From NCBI GenBank assembly GCA_045863195.1, contig BTUI01000007.1, forward strand, positions 50,327-114,326: DNA of 64,000 bases. Direction: 5' to 3'. This document shows, in pieces, positions 18,775 to 25,835 of this stretch. The stretch is from Chloroflexota bacterium (GTDB lineage: Bacteria; Chloroflexota; Dehalococcoidia; UBA2979). A program made the position numbers and the translations under genes. Below the pieces are notes generated by a model. The model searched no databases and had not been told where the DNA came from. It saw only the letters and a list, made by a program, of their open reading frames with translations. Each line of letters begins with the position of its first letter. Position 1 is the first letter of the stretch.

Positions 18775-19317
18775 CTACCCGCCGGCCACCTCGGCGCGCT
18801 CGCGGCGCACCACCTCGATCGAGTCGAGTACGTACTGTTCCGCGACGCCGCGCGGCTCCCACCCGAGCGTGGTGACCTCCGCGCCTTCCAGGTCCTTGTA
18901 GATGCGGAAGAAGTGCTCCACCTCGCGCAGGAAGTGCGGCGAGACGTGGGGCAGCTCCTGCACCTCCGCGTAGCGGGGGTCGCGGGTCGCGACGCACAGG
19001 ACCTTCTCGTCGTCGCCCTTTTCGTCGCGCATCCGCAGCATGCCCACCGGGCGCACCTCGATCAGCGCGCCGGTGTGGGATTCGAAGTTGCCCCACACCA
19101 GCACGTCCACGGGGTCGCCGTCACCCGCGCGGGTGCTGGGGACGAAGCCGTAGTGGCCCGGGTAATGCACGGAGGAGTACAGGACGCGGTCGAGGCGGAA
19201 GAGGCCGAGCGCGGTGTCGTACTCGTACTTCGCCTGCCCGCCGCGCGGGATCTCGACGATCGCGTTCAGCCGCTTCGGCGGCGTGGCCCCGGGGGGAAGG
19301 TGATACAGGTCGGTCAA
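18775..19317 (-). CDS. ppa: inorganic pyrophosphatase (family I)
   Basis: Motifs ..NAIVEIPRGGQAKYEYD.., ..YPGHYGFVPST..GDGDPVDVLV... TTG start with GAGGAG SD 7 nt upstream. Confidence 0.93.
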   Translation of the reverse strand: MTDLYHLPPGATPPKRLNAIVEIPRGGQAKYEYDTALGLFRLDRVLYSSVHYPGHYGFVPSTRAGDGDPVDVLVWGNFESHTGALIEVRPVGMLRMRDEKGDDEKVLCVATRDPRYAEVQELPHVSPHFLREVEHFFRIYKDLEGAEVTTLGWEPRGVAEQYVLDSIEVVRRERAEVAGG

Positions 19318-19393
19318 CGGAAGGCTCCTCGTGGAGACGCGGCGCGCCCGGCGGGCGCGACCGATCCATGGTGCGCCGGGTGAGGGTTGCGTG

Positions 19394-20461
19394 CTACGCC
19401 GTGTGGTCCGCCGCGCTCGGCCGGAGCGACGCCCGGCGGCGCTGCACGTCCACCGCCGCCTTCACGGCCGCGGCCGCGAGGCGCGCCTCCGCGAAGGCGG
19501 AGGGGGTCCGGCCAAGCACCAGCGCGTCCGGGGGAGCATCGCCCCGCGCGCGGACCAGCGCCTGGATCTCCTGAACCGCCGCCACCAGCCGCCGGCTCGC
19601 CTCCAGCCCCACGGGACGCGCCTGCCGGTTGTAGCGGTCGAGCGCCTCCACGGCTGAGACCGCCGGGCTCACCTCCCGGAGGATCTCGATGCCTTCCTCA
19701 GCAAGCCGCTCGTGGAACATCGTCAGGTCGCGCCGGTAGCGAAGCGTCCACGCCTCCGCCTCCCCCAGCGCCGCGTCGAAGTCGCGCGGCGCGAGGAAGA
19801 ACCGCACGAGGTCCAGGCGTGGCCGCAGCACCTCGCGCGCCTCGACGAGCGAGCGGTGGGCGCCGGCATCCGGGGCGACCGCCGCGTCCAGGCAGCGCGT
19901 CACGATCTCGAGCGCACGACCGGCGCCGGCGTCACGCAGCCGCTCGGCCAGCACGTCGTGTGCGAAGGCGGCAGCGTCCGGCCAGTGGATCCGGAGGCGG
20001 CGGTCGAACCCGTCGCGCCCCTCCTCCGCAATGTCCCCGAGGAGCCCCGGGCGGTCGCGCAGGAACCCGACGAGCGATTCGCGGGAGTGTGGGCCGGCCT
20101 CGCAGGGTGGATGGGGCGGACACAGCGCCTGGAACCCGGCGGCGATGAACGCCTCCGGCGGATCGCCGGGCGTCCGGAAGTACGGGGAATGCGGCCAGGC
20201 ATGGGCGACCGCGGACGAGACCGCTGCGGCATCCATGGAGGTGTCGGCGATGGCGACCCACGCCGGGAGATGGGCGGGAGGCGCCTCGCCCGGCCGCACG
20301 AGGAGCAGGCGGACATCTGCGAGGATGACGTCCGGAGGGGCGGTCAGCCCCTCGCGCCACTCGGCGGAGGCGTGGATCTCGGCGGCGTAGTACGTGCCGA
20401 AGGGGTCGCGGAAGTACGCGACCCGGGGCGAGGTCGGGGGCCAGGAGAGTACCGGGGGCAC
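19394..20461 (-). CDS. hypothetical protein (~355 aa), no recognisable domain
   Basis: Start reset to GTG 20461 (GGAG 5 nt upstream), because the track version overlaps the preceding HDOD gene. Protein-like sequence (..AYFRDPFGTYYAAEIHASAEWREG.., ..FLRDRPGLLGDIAEEGRDGFDRRLRIHWPD.., ..AWTLRYRRDLTMFHERLAEEGIEILREV..). Confidence 0.6.
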   Translation of the reverse strand: MPPVLSWPPTSPRVAYFRDPFGTYYAAEIHASAEWREGLTAPPDVILADVRLLLVRPGEAPPAHLPAWVAIADTSMDAAAVSSAVAHAWPHSPYFRTPGDPPEAFIAAGFQALCPPHPPCEAGPHSRESLVGFLRDRPGLLGDIAEEGRDGFDRRLRIHWPDAAAFAHDVLAERLRDAGAGRALEIVTRCLDAAVAPDAGAHRSLVEAREVLRPRLDLVRFFLAPRDFDAALGEAEAWTLRYRRDLTMFHERLAEEGIEILREVSPAVSAVEALDRYNRQARPVGLEASRRLVAAVQEIQALVRARGDAPPDALVLGRTPSAFAEARLAAAAVKAAVDVQRRRASLRPSAADHTA

Positions 20462-20504
20462 TCGCGCTCCGATCCGACCGGTCGATACCGGCGAAGCCCC
20501 TGCG

Positions 20505-21365
20505 TCAGGAGCCCGCCGTGTGGATGAACACCGCCGCCCGCTGCGACAGGCCGTCCAGCCCACCACCCTGCTCGAGCAGCAAGGCCAGGGGCGAGACGGT
20601 CCATTCAACAGCGGGGGCGGCGAGGGCGGGCTCTTCCAGGCCATCCGTCAGGCCGTGGGCATGTGCGAAGTCGCGCGCCCGGATCACCAGCCCGGCCAGG
20701 CTGTCGCGACTCTCCAGCGCGTCCAGCGGCTGCTGGTGGGTGGCGACGGCCTGCGCCAGGCTCGACGGAAAGTTCCAGCGCCGGGCCAGCGCGCCGCCGA
20801 CCTCTGCGTCCGTGAAGCCGAGGAGGGCACGTTCCGCTTCCGGCAGCGTGATGCCCTCCTGCCGCGCCAGCACCACGCAGCGGCGGAGGTCATCCGGCCG
20901 CGCCTGATCCAGCGCCAGCCGGCCCACGTTGTGGAGGACACCGGCCGTGAACGCCTCGTCGGCGTGGCAGCGGCCGCTCTTCGCCAGCGTCTCCGCGAGC
21001 AGCCCCACGGTCAGCGAGAAGCGCCAGAACGCATCGTGCTGGATGACGCGCCCTCGCGGCATCGTCTCAAGGACGCACGCGGCGAGGGTCGCCGAGCGGA
21101 TGGCGCGGAAGCCCAGCAGCACCACGGCGTCGCGCACGGTGCTGATCCGGCGCGGGAACCCGTAGTACGCGGAGTTCGCGAGGTGGAGGACGGTGGCCGT
21201 GAGTGCGGGGTCGGAGGAGATCGCCTGGGCCAGCTCATGGGCGGAAAAGTGCTCGCTCTCAACGATCGCGAGCACCCGTGCGGCAACCGGCGGGAGTGGC
21301 CGTAGATCGGCGATCTCCCCGACCAGCACATCGAGCGGTGCGTCAATGACGCCTCGCTCCGACAT
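20505..21365 (-). CDS. HDOD domain-containing signalling protein
   Basis: HDOD signature (LPPVAARVLAIVESEHFSAHELAQAISSDPALTATVLHLANSAYYGFPRRISTVRDAVVLLG.., AGVLHNVGRLAL, LGFTDAEVGGALARRWNFP). Start set at ATG 21365; there is no obvious SD, and the TTG at 21458 is an alternative. Confidence 0.8.
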   Translation of the reverse strand: MSERGVIDAPLDVLVGEIADLRPLPPVAARVLAIVESEHFSAHELAQAISSDPALTATVLHLANSAYYGFPRRISTVRDAVVLLGFRAIRSATLAACVLETMPRGRVIQHDAFWRFSLTVGLLAETLAKSGRCHADEAFTAGVLHNVGRLALDQARPDDLRRCVVLARQEGITLPEAERALLGFTDAEVGGALARRWNFPSSLAQAVATHQQPLDALESRDSLAGLVIRARDFAHAHGLTDGLEEPALAAPAVEWTVSPLALLLEQGGGLDGLSQRAAVFIHTAGS

Positions 21366-21472
21366 GGGAGGAAATGACCAGGAAGCCGTACGGGAGGGGT
21401 CCGACGGCTCCCCGGTCGAACACGATCGACGTAAGGCGACGTCGAATCGTTGCTGCAAGTGAGGCTCCTGGG

Positions 21473-21574
21473 CTACCAGGGGAAGATGACTTCAGCGAGG
21501 GCCGACGTGCCGGTCGCGATGAACGCGGCGGCGACGAAGGCGGAGGCGACGGTGGTGGTGATGAAGCGGCGCAT
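21473..21574 (-). CDS. 33-aa signal-peptide-like pro-peptide (MRRFITTTVASAFVAAAFIATGTSALAEVIFPW)
   Basis: ATG 21574, TAG 21473. GGGAG SD 6 nt upstream. 31 of 33 codons end in G/C. Own promoter-like region and an upstream terminator. The track lists only an upstream-extended 66-aa form. Confidence 0.55.
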   Translation of the reverse strand: MRRFITTTVASAFVAAAFIATGTSALAEVIFPW

Positions 21575-21637
21575 GGCGTACTCCCGAGATCGTGTGCCGC
21601 GATGGGAATCGGCGGCCGGTCTGCACTTGACATGCGG

Positions 21638-21672
21638 ACAGTACGGAGCAGCCTCTGACCAACCTCTGACCA
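21638..21672 (-). promoter_or_regulatory. candidate activator-dependent promoter: 2 x TGGTCAGAGG direct repeats at 11-bp period, 8 nt upstream of TACTGT
   Basis: Minus strand reads TGGTCAGAGG-T-TGGTCAGAGG-CTGCTCCG-TACTGT. On the plus strand the repeats are cctctgacca at 21652-21661 and 21663-21672. It lies ~65-100 nt upstream of the mini-ORF ATG. Confidence 0.45.
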
Positions 21673-21677
21673 CGGGC

Positions 21678-21713
21678 TAAAGAAAGCCGTCAGAAGCCCG
21701 ACTTTTCTGACGG
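21678..21713 (-). terminator. rho-independent-type terminator after the STAND/SARP regulator gene
   Basis: 9-bp stem (plus strand ccgtcagaa 21687-21695 / ttctgacgg 21705-21713) with a 9-nt loop. On the minus strand it is followed by CTTTCTTT. It sits 50 nt after the regulator stop. Confidence 0.55.
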
Positions 21714-21762
21714 TTCTGTAGATTTAGCAAGATTTCGAGGGCGAGGGCCCGCAGGCGCGGGG

Positions 21763-24700
21763 TCAGTCGACCGGATCGTCCAGCGCTTCACCGGACAGCA
21801 CCCGGTTGTAGAGCGACCGGACGCGCGCCGAGGGCGTCCCGCCCACCTCGTCCCGCATGGCGTCGTGGAGACGCCGGTACGCCCGCGCGGCCAGGTCCAG
21901 GTTGCCCCGGTGGACGTGCCCCTGCATCACCCGGATGGCGGCGTCCTCGTTCAGGGGGTCCACGGCCAGGACGGACTCCGCCATCCGGATCGCCTCCGCC
22001 GCGTCGCCCCGCCGGAGGGCGGCGGAGGCGAGGGCCACCGTGTTGGAGAGGTACATGTCCTCGTATCTCTGACGGGCGGCCTCCACCCAGTCAGACTCGA
22101 ACCCGGAGGCGAACGACCCCGCGTACAGCTGGATGACCTTCGACACGCCGGAGGCCCACTCCTCGCTCCCGCGTGGGGCCGCCTCTGCCTGCTGCAGCCC
22201 CTTCTCGAACTCGGCGGCGTCGTACCAGATGTCGAAGTCCGGGTTCACCTGGTAGCCACCGCCCGACTGCACCACCACCTGCGGGTGGATCGCCTTTCGC
22301 AGCCGGTACAGCGTGGTGTGGAACTGGCTGTTCAGTTGCTTGGGGCTGACGTCCGGCCAGAGCTCGACGGCGATCTCCTCCTTGCGCAGCGGCCGTCCGC
22401 GGTGCAGGAGGTAGAAGAACAGTTCCTTGCTCCGCTCCGACCGCCACTCCATGTCCGCGATCAGCCGCCCGTCCACGCTCACCCGAGGCGCACCGAACGC
22501 CTCCGCCCGGATCCGGAATGCCGCCGGCAGTTCCGCATCGTGCTCGCCGGCCTCGGACGGGCGGACGCGGCTCGCCAGCGTGCGGAAATAGTCGCCGCCC
22601 ACGCGGCGCGCCGCGGCGTACTCGACGACTTCCAGGTTCTGGCGCGCCTCCGCGAGCAGGAACTGGTCGTAGCCCAGCGCCTCCGTCAGCGCGTACACGC
22701 GCTCTAGATGCTCCATCGCCGGCTGCCGGTGACGGGTGTGGAACAGCGACGAGCCGAGGAGGAGCAGGGCGAGCGCCTGTTCCCGACGCGCGCCGCCGTC
22801 CTCCGCCGCGGCCGCGGCCGCCTCCAGCACCGGGATGGCGTCCTGGTGGGCCTGCTCCGAGCACATCGTCGCGGCCGCGCCGATCCGGAAGCGCGTCTGC
22901 ATCAGCATCGCGCCGGTCTGCTCCGCAGACCGGAGGCCGTGGTCGAGCAGCGCCCGGGCGCGCGAGAACTCGCCGCGCTCCCGGTAGCACATCGCCAGTC
23001 CGTAGGTCGCCGCGAGGATGAGCGCGGGGTCGTCGATCTCCTGCGCCTCGTGGATCGCCACGGTGTAGAGGGTGATCGCGTTGTCGAGCCGCCCGAGGTC
23101 GCGCTCGACGTTGGCGAGGCCCTCCTTGCCGTACGCCTCGTACCGGTGGTGGCCGATGCGGCTGGCGCGCTCCACGACGCCCTCGAACGTGTCGCGGGCG
23201 GTCTCCAGTTCGCCCAGCATGTGCTGGACGTTGCCCATGTTGTTCATGGTGGCGATCTGCGCCTGCGGCTCCGCGAGCATGCGCCAGCGGCGCTGCGCGG
23301 AGGTGTACTCCGCCATTGCCACGGCCAGGTCCCCGGCCAGGTACAGGACGTTGCCCAGCATGTCCCGCGCCTCCGCGGTGCTGTGCTGGTTGCGCTGCTC
23401 CTCGAACCGGAGCGCCGCCTGCTCGATGCGCTCTCGCGCGGCCGGCAACTGCCCGTACCGGGCGAGGGCGACCCCCTCCTCGAAGTCGATCTCCGCGTAG
23501 ACGGGGTGGTCGTCGTCCAGGTGCTCCAGCGCCGCCTGGCGGGCGCGGCGGCAGCCCTCGACGGCCTCGGGGATGCGCCCCATCTCGCGGAACGCGACGC
23601 CGCGATACAGCAGCGTCCGGACGCGCTGCTCCGGCTCCAGCGGGTGCGTCTCGATCCGGTCCAGGCGCGTCAGACACTCCTGCCGGTGGCCGAACTTCGC
23701 CGCGAGGCGTGCGCGCACCAGTCCGAGGTCGATCTCCTGGTCGATGACCTCCTCCGGCAGCCGGTCGATCCACCCAGCCAGCGTGCGCCATTCGCCGCGC
23801 TGGTACAGGGTGTCGCGCGTGTCGTACAGCTCGCGCACGACCTCCGACCAGTCGCCGGCCTCGATCGACAGGTTCACCGCCTCCACCAGCATCCCGCGGC
23901 GGCTGCAGATCGCCGCCGCCTGACGCCGGAGGTCGGTCGCCCGCTGCCGCTGCTCCCGCTCCAGCCGGGCAAGGAGGTGCTCCCGGATCAGCGCGTGCAT
24001 CCGGTACCACTCGCCGTCACCGGCGTCGTCGCCGAGGCGCGTGAGGAAGCGGTTCGTCTGCGCCAGTTCGTGGAGCGCGGGCCCCGCCTGCTCGTTCCGC
24101 GTCAGCGACTGCGCGAACTCCAGGTCGAACGTGGGCAGGACGGAGCAGGCGGTCAGCACCTCCATCTGAAGCGGCGTCAGCCGTTCCAGCACCTCCTGGT
24201 CAATGAACTGGCCGAGGATGAACTCGAACTCGCCGTGCATCCCTCGGTCGGGGTCGTAATGGTCGACCATCACGGCCAGCGCCGCGGCCCAGCCGTCCGC
24301 CCGGCGGATCAACTCGGCCCGGTGGTCGGGCCCCACCTTCGACTGGTCGAGGAACCGCGCCGCCTCCTCCGCCGTGAAGATGAGGTCGCGCGCCCCCAGC
24401 GAGTAGGCGCGCCGCTGCGCCGTGAGCCGCGCGAGCGACCCGAGCGATGGCCACGTCCGCGACAGGATCATCAGCCGCATGTTCATCGGCACCGAGCGCA
24501 CGAGCGTGTCGACGACGGCGAGCGCCTCCGGCGAGTCGTCCAGGAAGTGCAGGTCGTCCAGGACAAGGACGAAGAGGTCGTCCACTTCCTGCTGGATGGC
24601 GGCCGACAGTTCGGAGACCAGTGCCCCGGCGCCAGCCGGCACGCCGCCGGCCTCCAACCGCTCCATGAATTCGGCAAGCGCCTCCGGGAACGCCTGCCGC

Positions 24701-25002
24701 ACGGCACCGGCCAGGTCCGCCACCAGCGCGAGCGGGTCCGCGTCCTGCGCATCGAGGGAAAGCCACGCCACCTTCAGCGCGGCGGCACTGGCCCAGTCCA
24801 CGGCCAGCGTGGACTTGCCGTAGCCAGCGGGCGCCGTCAGGAGCGTGACGTCGTACTCGAGCGCCTCATCGAGGAGCGCGTGGAGGCGGTCGCGTCGGAC
24901 GGTGTCCGCGCGGCGGCGCGGCGGCACCAGTTTGGGCAGGAACTGCCGTCGTGGTCGCCGCGGTGGGGGCAGGTCAGGGCGGCTGACCGCAGGCCACGTC
25001 AC
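21763..25002 (-). CDS. large STAND-type transcriptional regulator: P-loop NTPase + TPR/SUPR sensor + C-terminal SARP module (OmpR-type wHTH + BTAD)
   Basis: MalT-like N-terminus (..LPKLVPPRRRADTVRRDRLHALLDEA..LLTAPAGYGKSTLAV.. Walker A; LFVLVLDDLHFL Walker B). A long TPR-like region follows. C-terminus: ..RVSVDGRLIADMEWRSERSKELFFYLLHRGRPLRKEEIAVELWP..TTLYRLRKAI (wHTH), then ..YDAAEFEKGL..LYAGSFASGFESDWVEAARQRYEDMYL..AIRMAESVLAVDPLNEDAAIRVMQGHVHRGNLDLAARAYRRLHDAMRDEVGGTPS (BTAD). Start set at GTG 25002. The track's 1291-aa form runs antisense through the neighbouring gene. Confidence 0.85.
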   Translation of the reverse strand: MTWPAVSRPDLPPPRRPRRQFLPKLVPPRRRADTVRRDRLHALLDEALEYDVTLLTAPAGYGKSTLAVDWASAAALKVAWLSLDAQDADPLALVADLAGAVRQAFPEALAEFMERLEAGGVPAGAGALVSELSAAIQQEVDDLFVLVLDDLHFLDDSPEALAVVDTLVRSVPMNMRLMILSRTWPSLGSLARLTAQRRAYSLGARDLIFTAEEAARFLDQSKVGPDHRAELIRRADGWAAALAVMVDHYDPDRGMHGEFEFILGQFIDQEVLERLTPLQMEVLTACSVLPTFDLEFAQSLTRNEQAGPALHELAQTNRFLTRLGDDAGDGEWYRMHALIREHLLARLEREQRQRATDLRRQAAAICSRRGMLVEAVNLSIEAGDWSEVVRELYDTRDTLYQRGEWRTLAGWIDRLPEEVIDQEIDLGLVRARLAAKFGHRQECLTRLDRIETHPLEPEQRVRTLLYRGVAFREMGRIPEAVEGCRRARQAALEHLDDDHPVYAEIDFEEGVALARYGQLPAARERIEQAALRFEEQRNQHSTAEARDMLGNVLYLAGDLAVAMAEYTSAQRRWRMLAEPQAQIATMNNMGNVQHMLGELETARDTFEGVVERASRIGHHRYEAYGKEGLANVERDLGRLDNAITLYTVAIHEAQEIDDPALILAATYGLAMCYRERGEFSRARALLDHGLRSAEQTGAMLMQTRFRIGAAATMCSEQAHQDAIPVLEAAAAAAEDGGARREQALALLLLGSSLFHTRHRQPAMEHLERVYALTEALGYDQFLLAEARQNLEVVEYAAARRVGGDYFRTLASRVRPSEAGEHDAELPAAFRIRAEAFGAPRVSVDGRLIADMEWRSERSKELFFYLLHRGRPLRKEEIAVELWPDVSPKQLNSQFHTTLYRLRKAIHPQVVVQSGGGYQVNPDFDIWYDAAEFEKGLQQAEAAPRGSEEWASGVSKVIQLYAGSFASGFESDWVEAARQRYEDMYLSNTVALASAALRRGDAAEAIRMAESVLAVDPLNEDAAIRVMQGHVHRGNLDLAARAYRRLHDAMRDEVGGTPSARVRSLYNRVLSGEALDDPVD

Positions 25003-25096
25003 CCGGTGATGATAGACCTGCGCGAGGCGGCTGCGGTGGCACGCTCCCCTCGATACGCTGGAAGTCAGACTCCCGCCGAACCAGAAGGACGCACGC

Positions 25097-25735
25097 ATGG
25101 CCTTCGCCGTGGACGACGAACTCGCCTTTCTCCGCACGTACGAGTCGACCACGCTCACCAAGCCACAGGTCGTCGCGGACAACGTCCTCACCGGCATCTT
25201 CCTCGCGGACTCCCGGCACCGGGCAGCCCTCGCCGCGCTGCTCCTGCAGGAGGCGGTCGAGGCGGCGCGACGGCTGGCGGCGGTGTGGGACGCACTGGCG
25301 CACCGGTCGCGCTCGGTCGCGGAGGCGCTGGCCGGGCCGCTCCCCAACGCCACGGTGTGGGAGGCGCTCGCCGGCGCCGTCACCGGCCTCGAGGACCCGC
25401 GCGAGGTGCTGCGCCTGATCCAGGTGGACGAGAGCGCGCTGGAGAGCGCGGAGGAGATGCTGGAGTTCGCCGGGCTGGACTGGTTCAGCGCCGCGATCCG
25501 CACGTTCGAGGCGGGCCCGCCGGCCCTCACGCTGGAGCCGGGCGAGCCCGGAAGCCCCGGCGTGGTCGCGTTGCGGGGGGTGGGCACGGATGGCTCGCCG
25601 CGCGAGACGCGGGTGCGGCTGGAGGACGACCGCATCATCGCCCTGGGCGACGCGACCGGTGACTTCGTGACGTGGTCGCGGGACTTCCTCGGCGCCTACA
25701 TGGACGCTCGCGAGGCGGCGGCGCAGAGGCGATAG
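25097..25735 (+). CDS. hypothetical acidic protein (212 aa)
   Basis: AGAAGGA SD 7 nt upstream of the ATG. Protein-like, Glu/Leu/Ala-rich, without Arg bias (MAFAVDDELAFLRTYESTTLTKPQVVADNVLTGIFLADS...). Divergent from the regulator. No family recognised. Confidence 0.65.
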   Translation: MAFAVDDELAFLRTYESTTLTKPQVVADNVLTGIFLADSRHRAALAALLLQEAVEAARRLAAVWDALAHRSRSVAEALAGPLPNATVWEALAGAVTGLEDPREVLRLIQVDESALESAEEMLEFAGLDWFSAAIRTFEAGPPALTLEPGEPGSPGVVALRGVGTDGSPRETRVRLEDDRIIALGDATGDFVTWSRDFLGAYMDAREAAAQRR

Positions 25736-25835
25736 GCAGGCGCCTACCGGCGCAGAGGCGATAGGCAGGCGCCTACCGGCGCAGGGGCGATAGGCAGGCG
25801 CCTACCAGCGCAGGGCCGCTGTCGGCGCCTAGCGG
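25721..25835. repeat. 29-bp tandem repeat: 2 identical copies, 1 copy with 2 mismatches, 1 degenerate copy
   Basis: Unit gcgcagaggcgataggcaggcgcctaccg at 25721-25749 and 25750-25778 (identical) and 25779-25807 (2 mismatches); degenerate copy at 25808-25835. Each unit contains TAGGC-AGGC-GCCTA (5-bp stem). The first copy includes the stop of the 25097-25735 gene. The last overlaps the stop of the convergent methyltransferase gene. Confidence 0.9.

Noticed and set aside
21626-21631. Perfect TTGACA hexamer on the plus strand near the mini-ORF
   Set aside because: No -10 element lies at a suitable distance, and there is no plus-strand gene downstream. It lies within the 5' UTR region of the minus-strand mini-ORF.
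21473-21673. 66-aa track ORF (MVRGWSEAAPYCPHVKCRPAADSHRGTRSREYAMRRF...) as the real product
   Set aside because: The first 33 codons cover the predicted promoter, the repeats and the SD, and they look non-protein-like. The internal ATG at 21574 has the SD, so the 33-aa form is preferred.
22708-25662. 984-aa plus-strand ORF, and the 1291-aa extended version of the minus-strand regulator (21763-25638)
   Set aside because: The plus-strand ORF is antisense to the well-supported STAND/SARP regulator. The extra ~210 N-terminal codons of the 1291-aa version are Ser/Arg/Ala-rich and run antisense through the SD-supported gene at 25097-25735. The regulator start was reset to GTG 25002.
25721-25835. 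Possible CRISPR array
   Set aside because: The 29-bp units are directly tandem with no spacers. There are only about 3.5 copies, and no cas genes are in the window.
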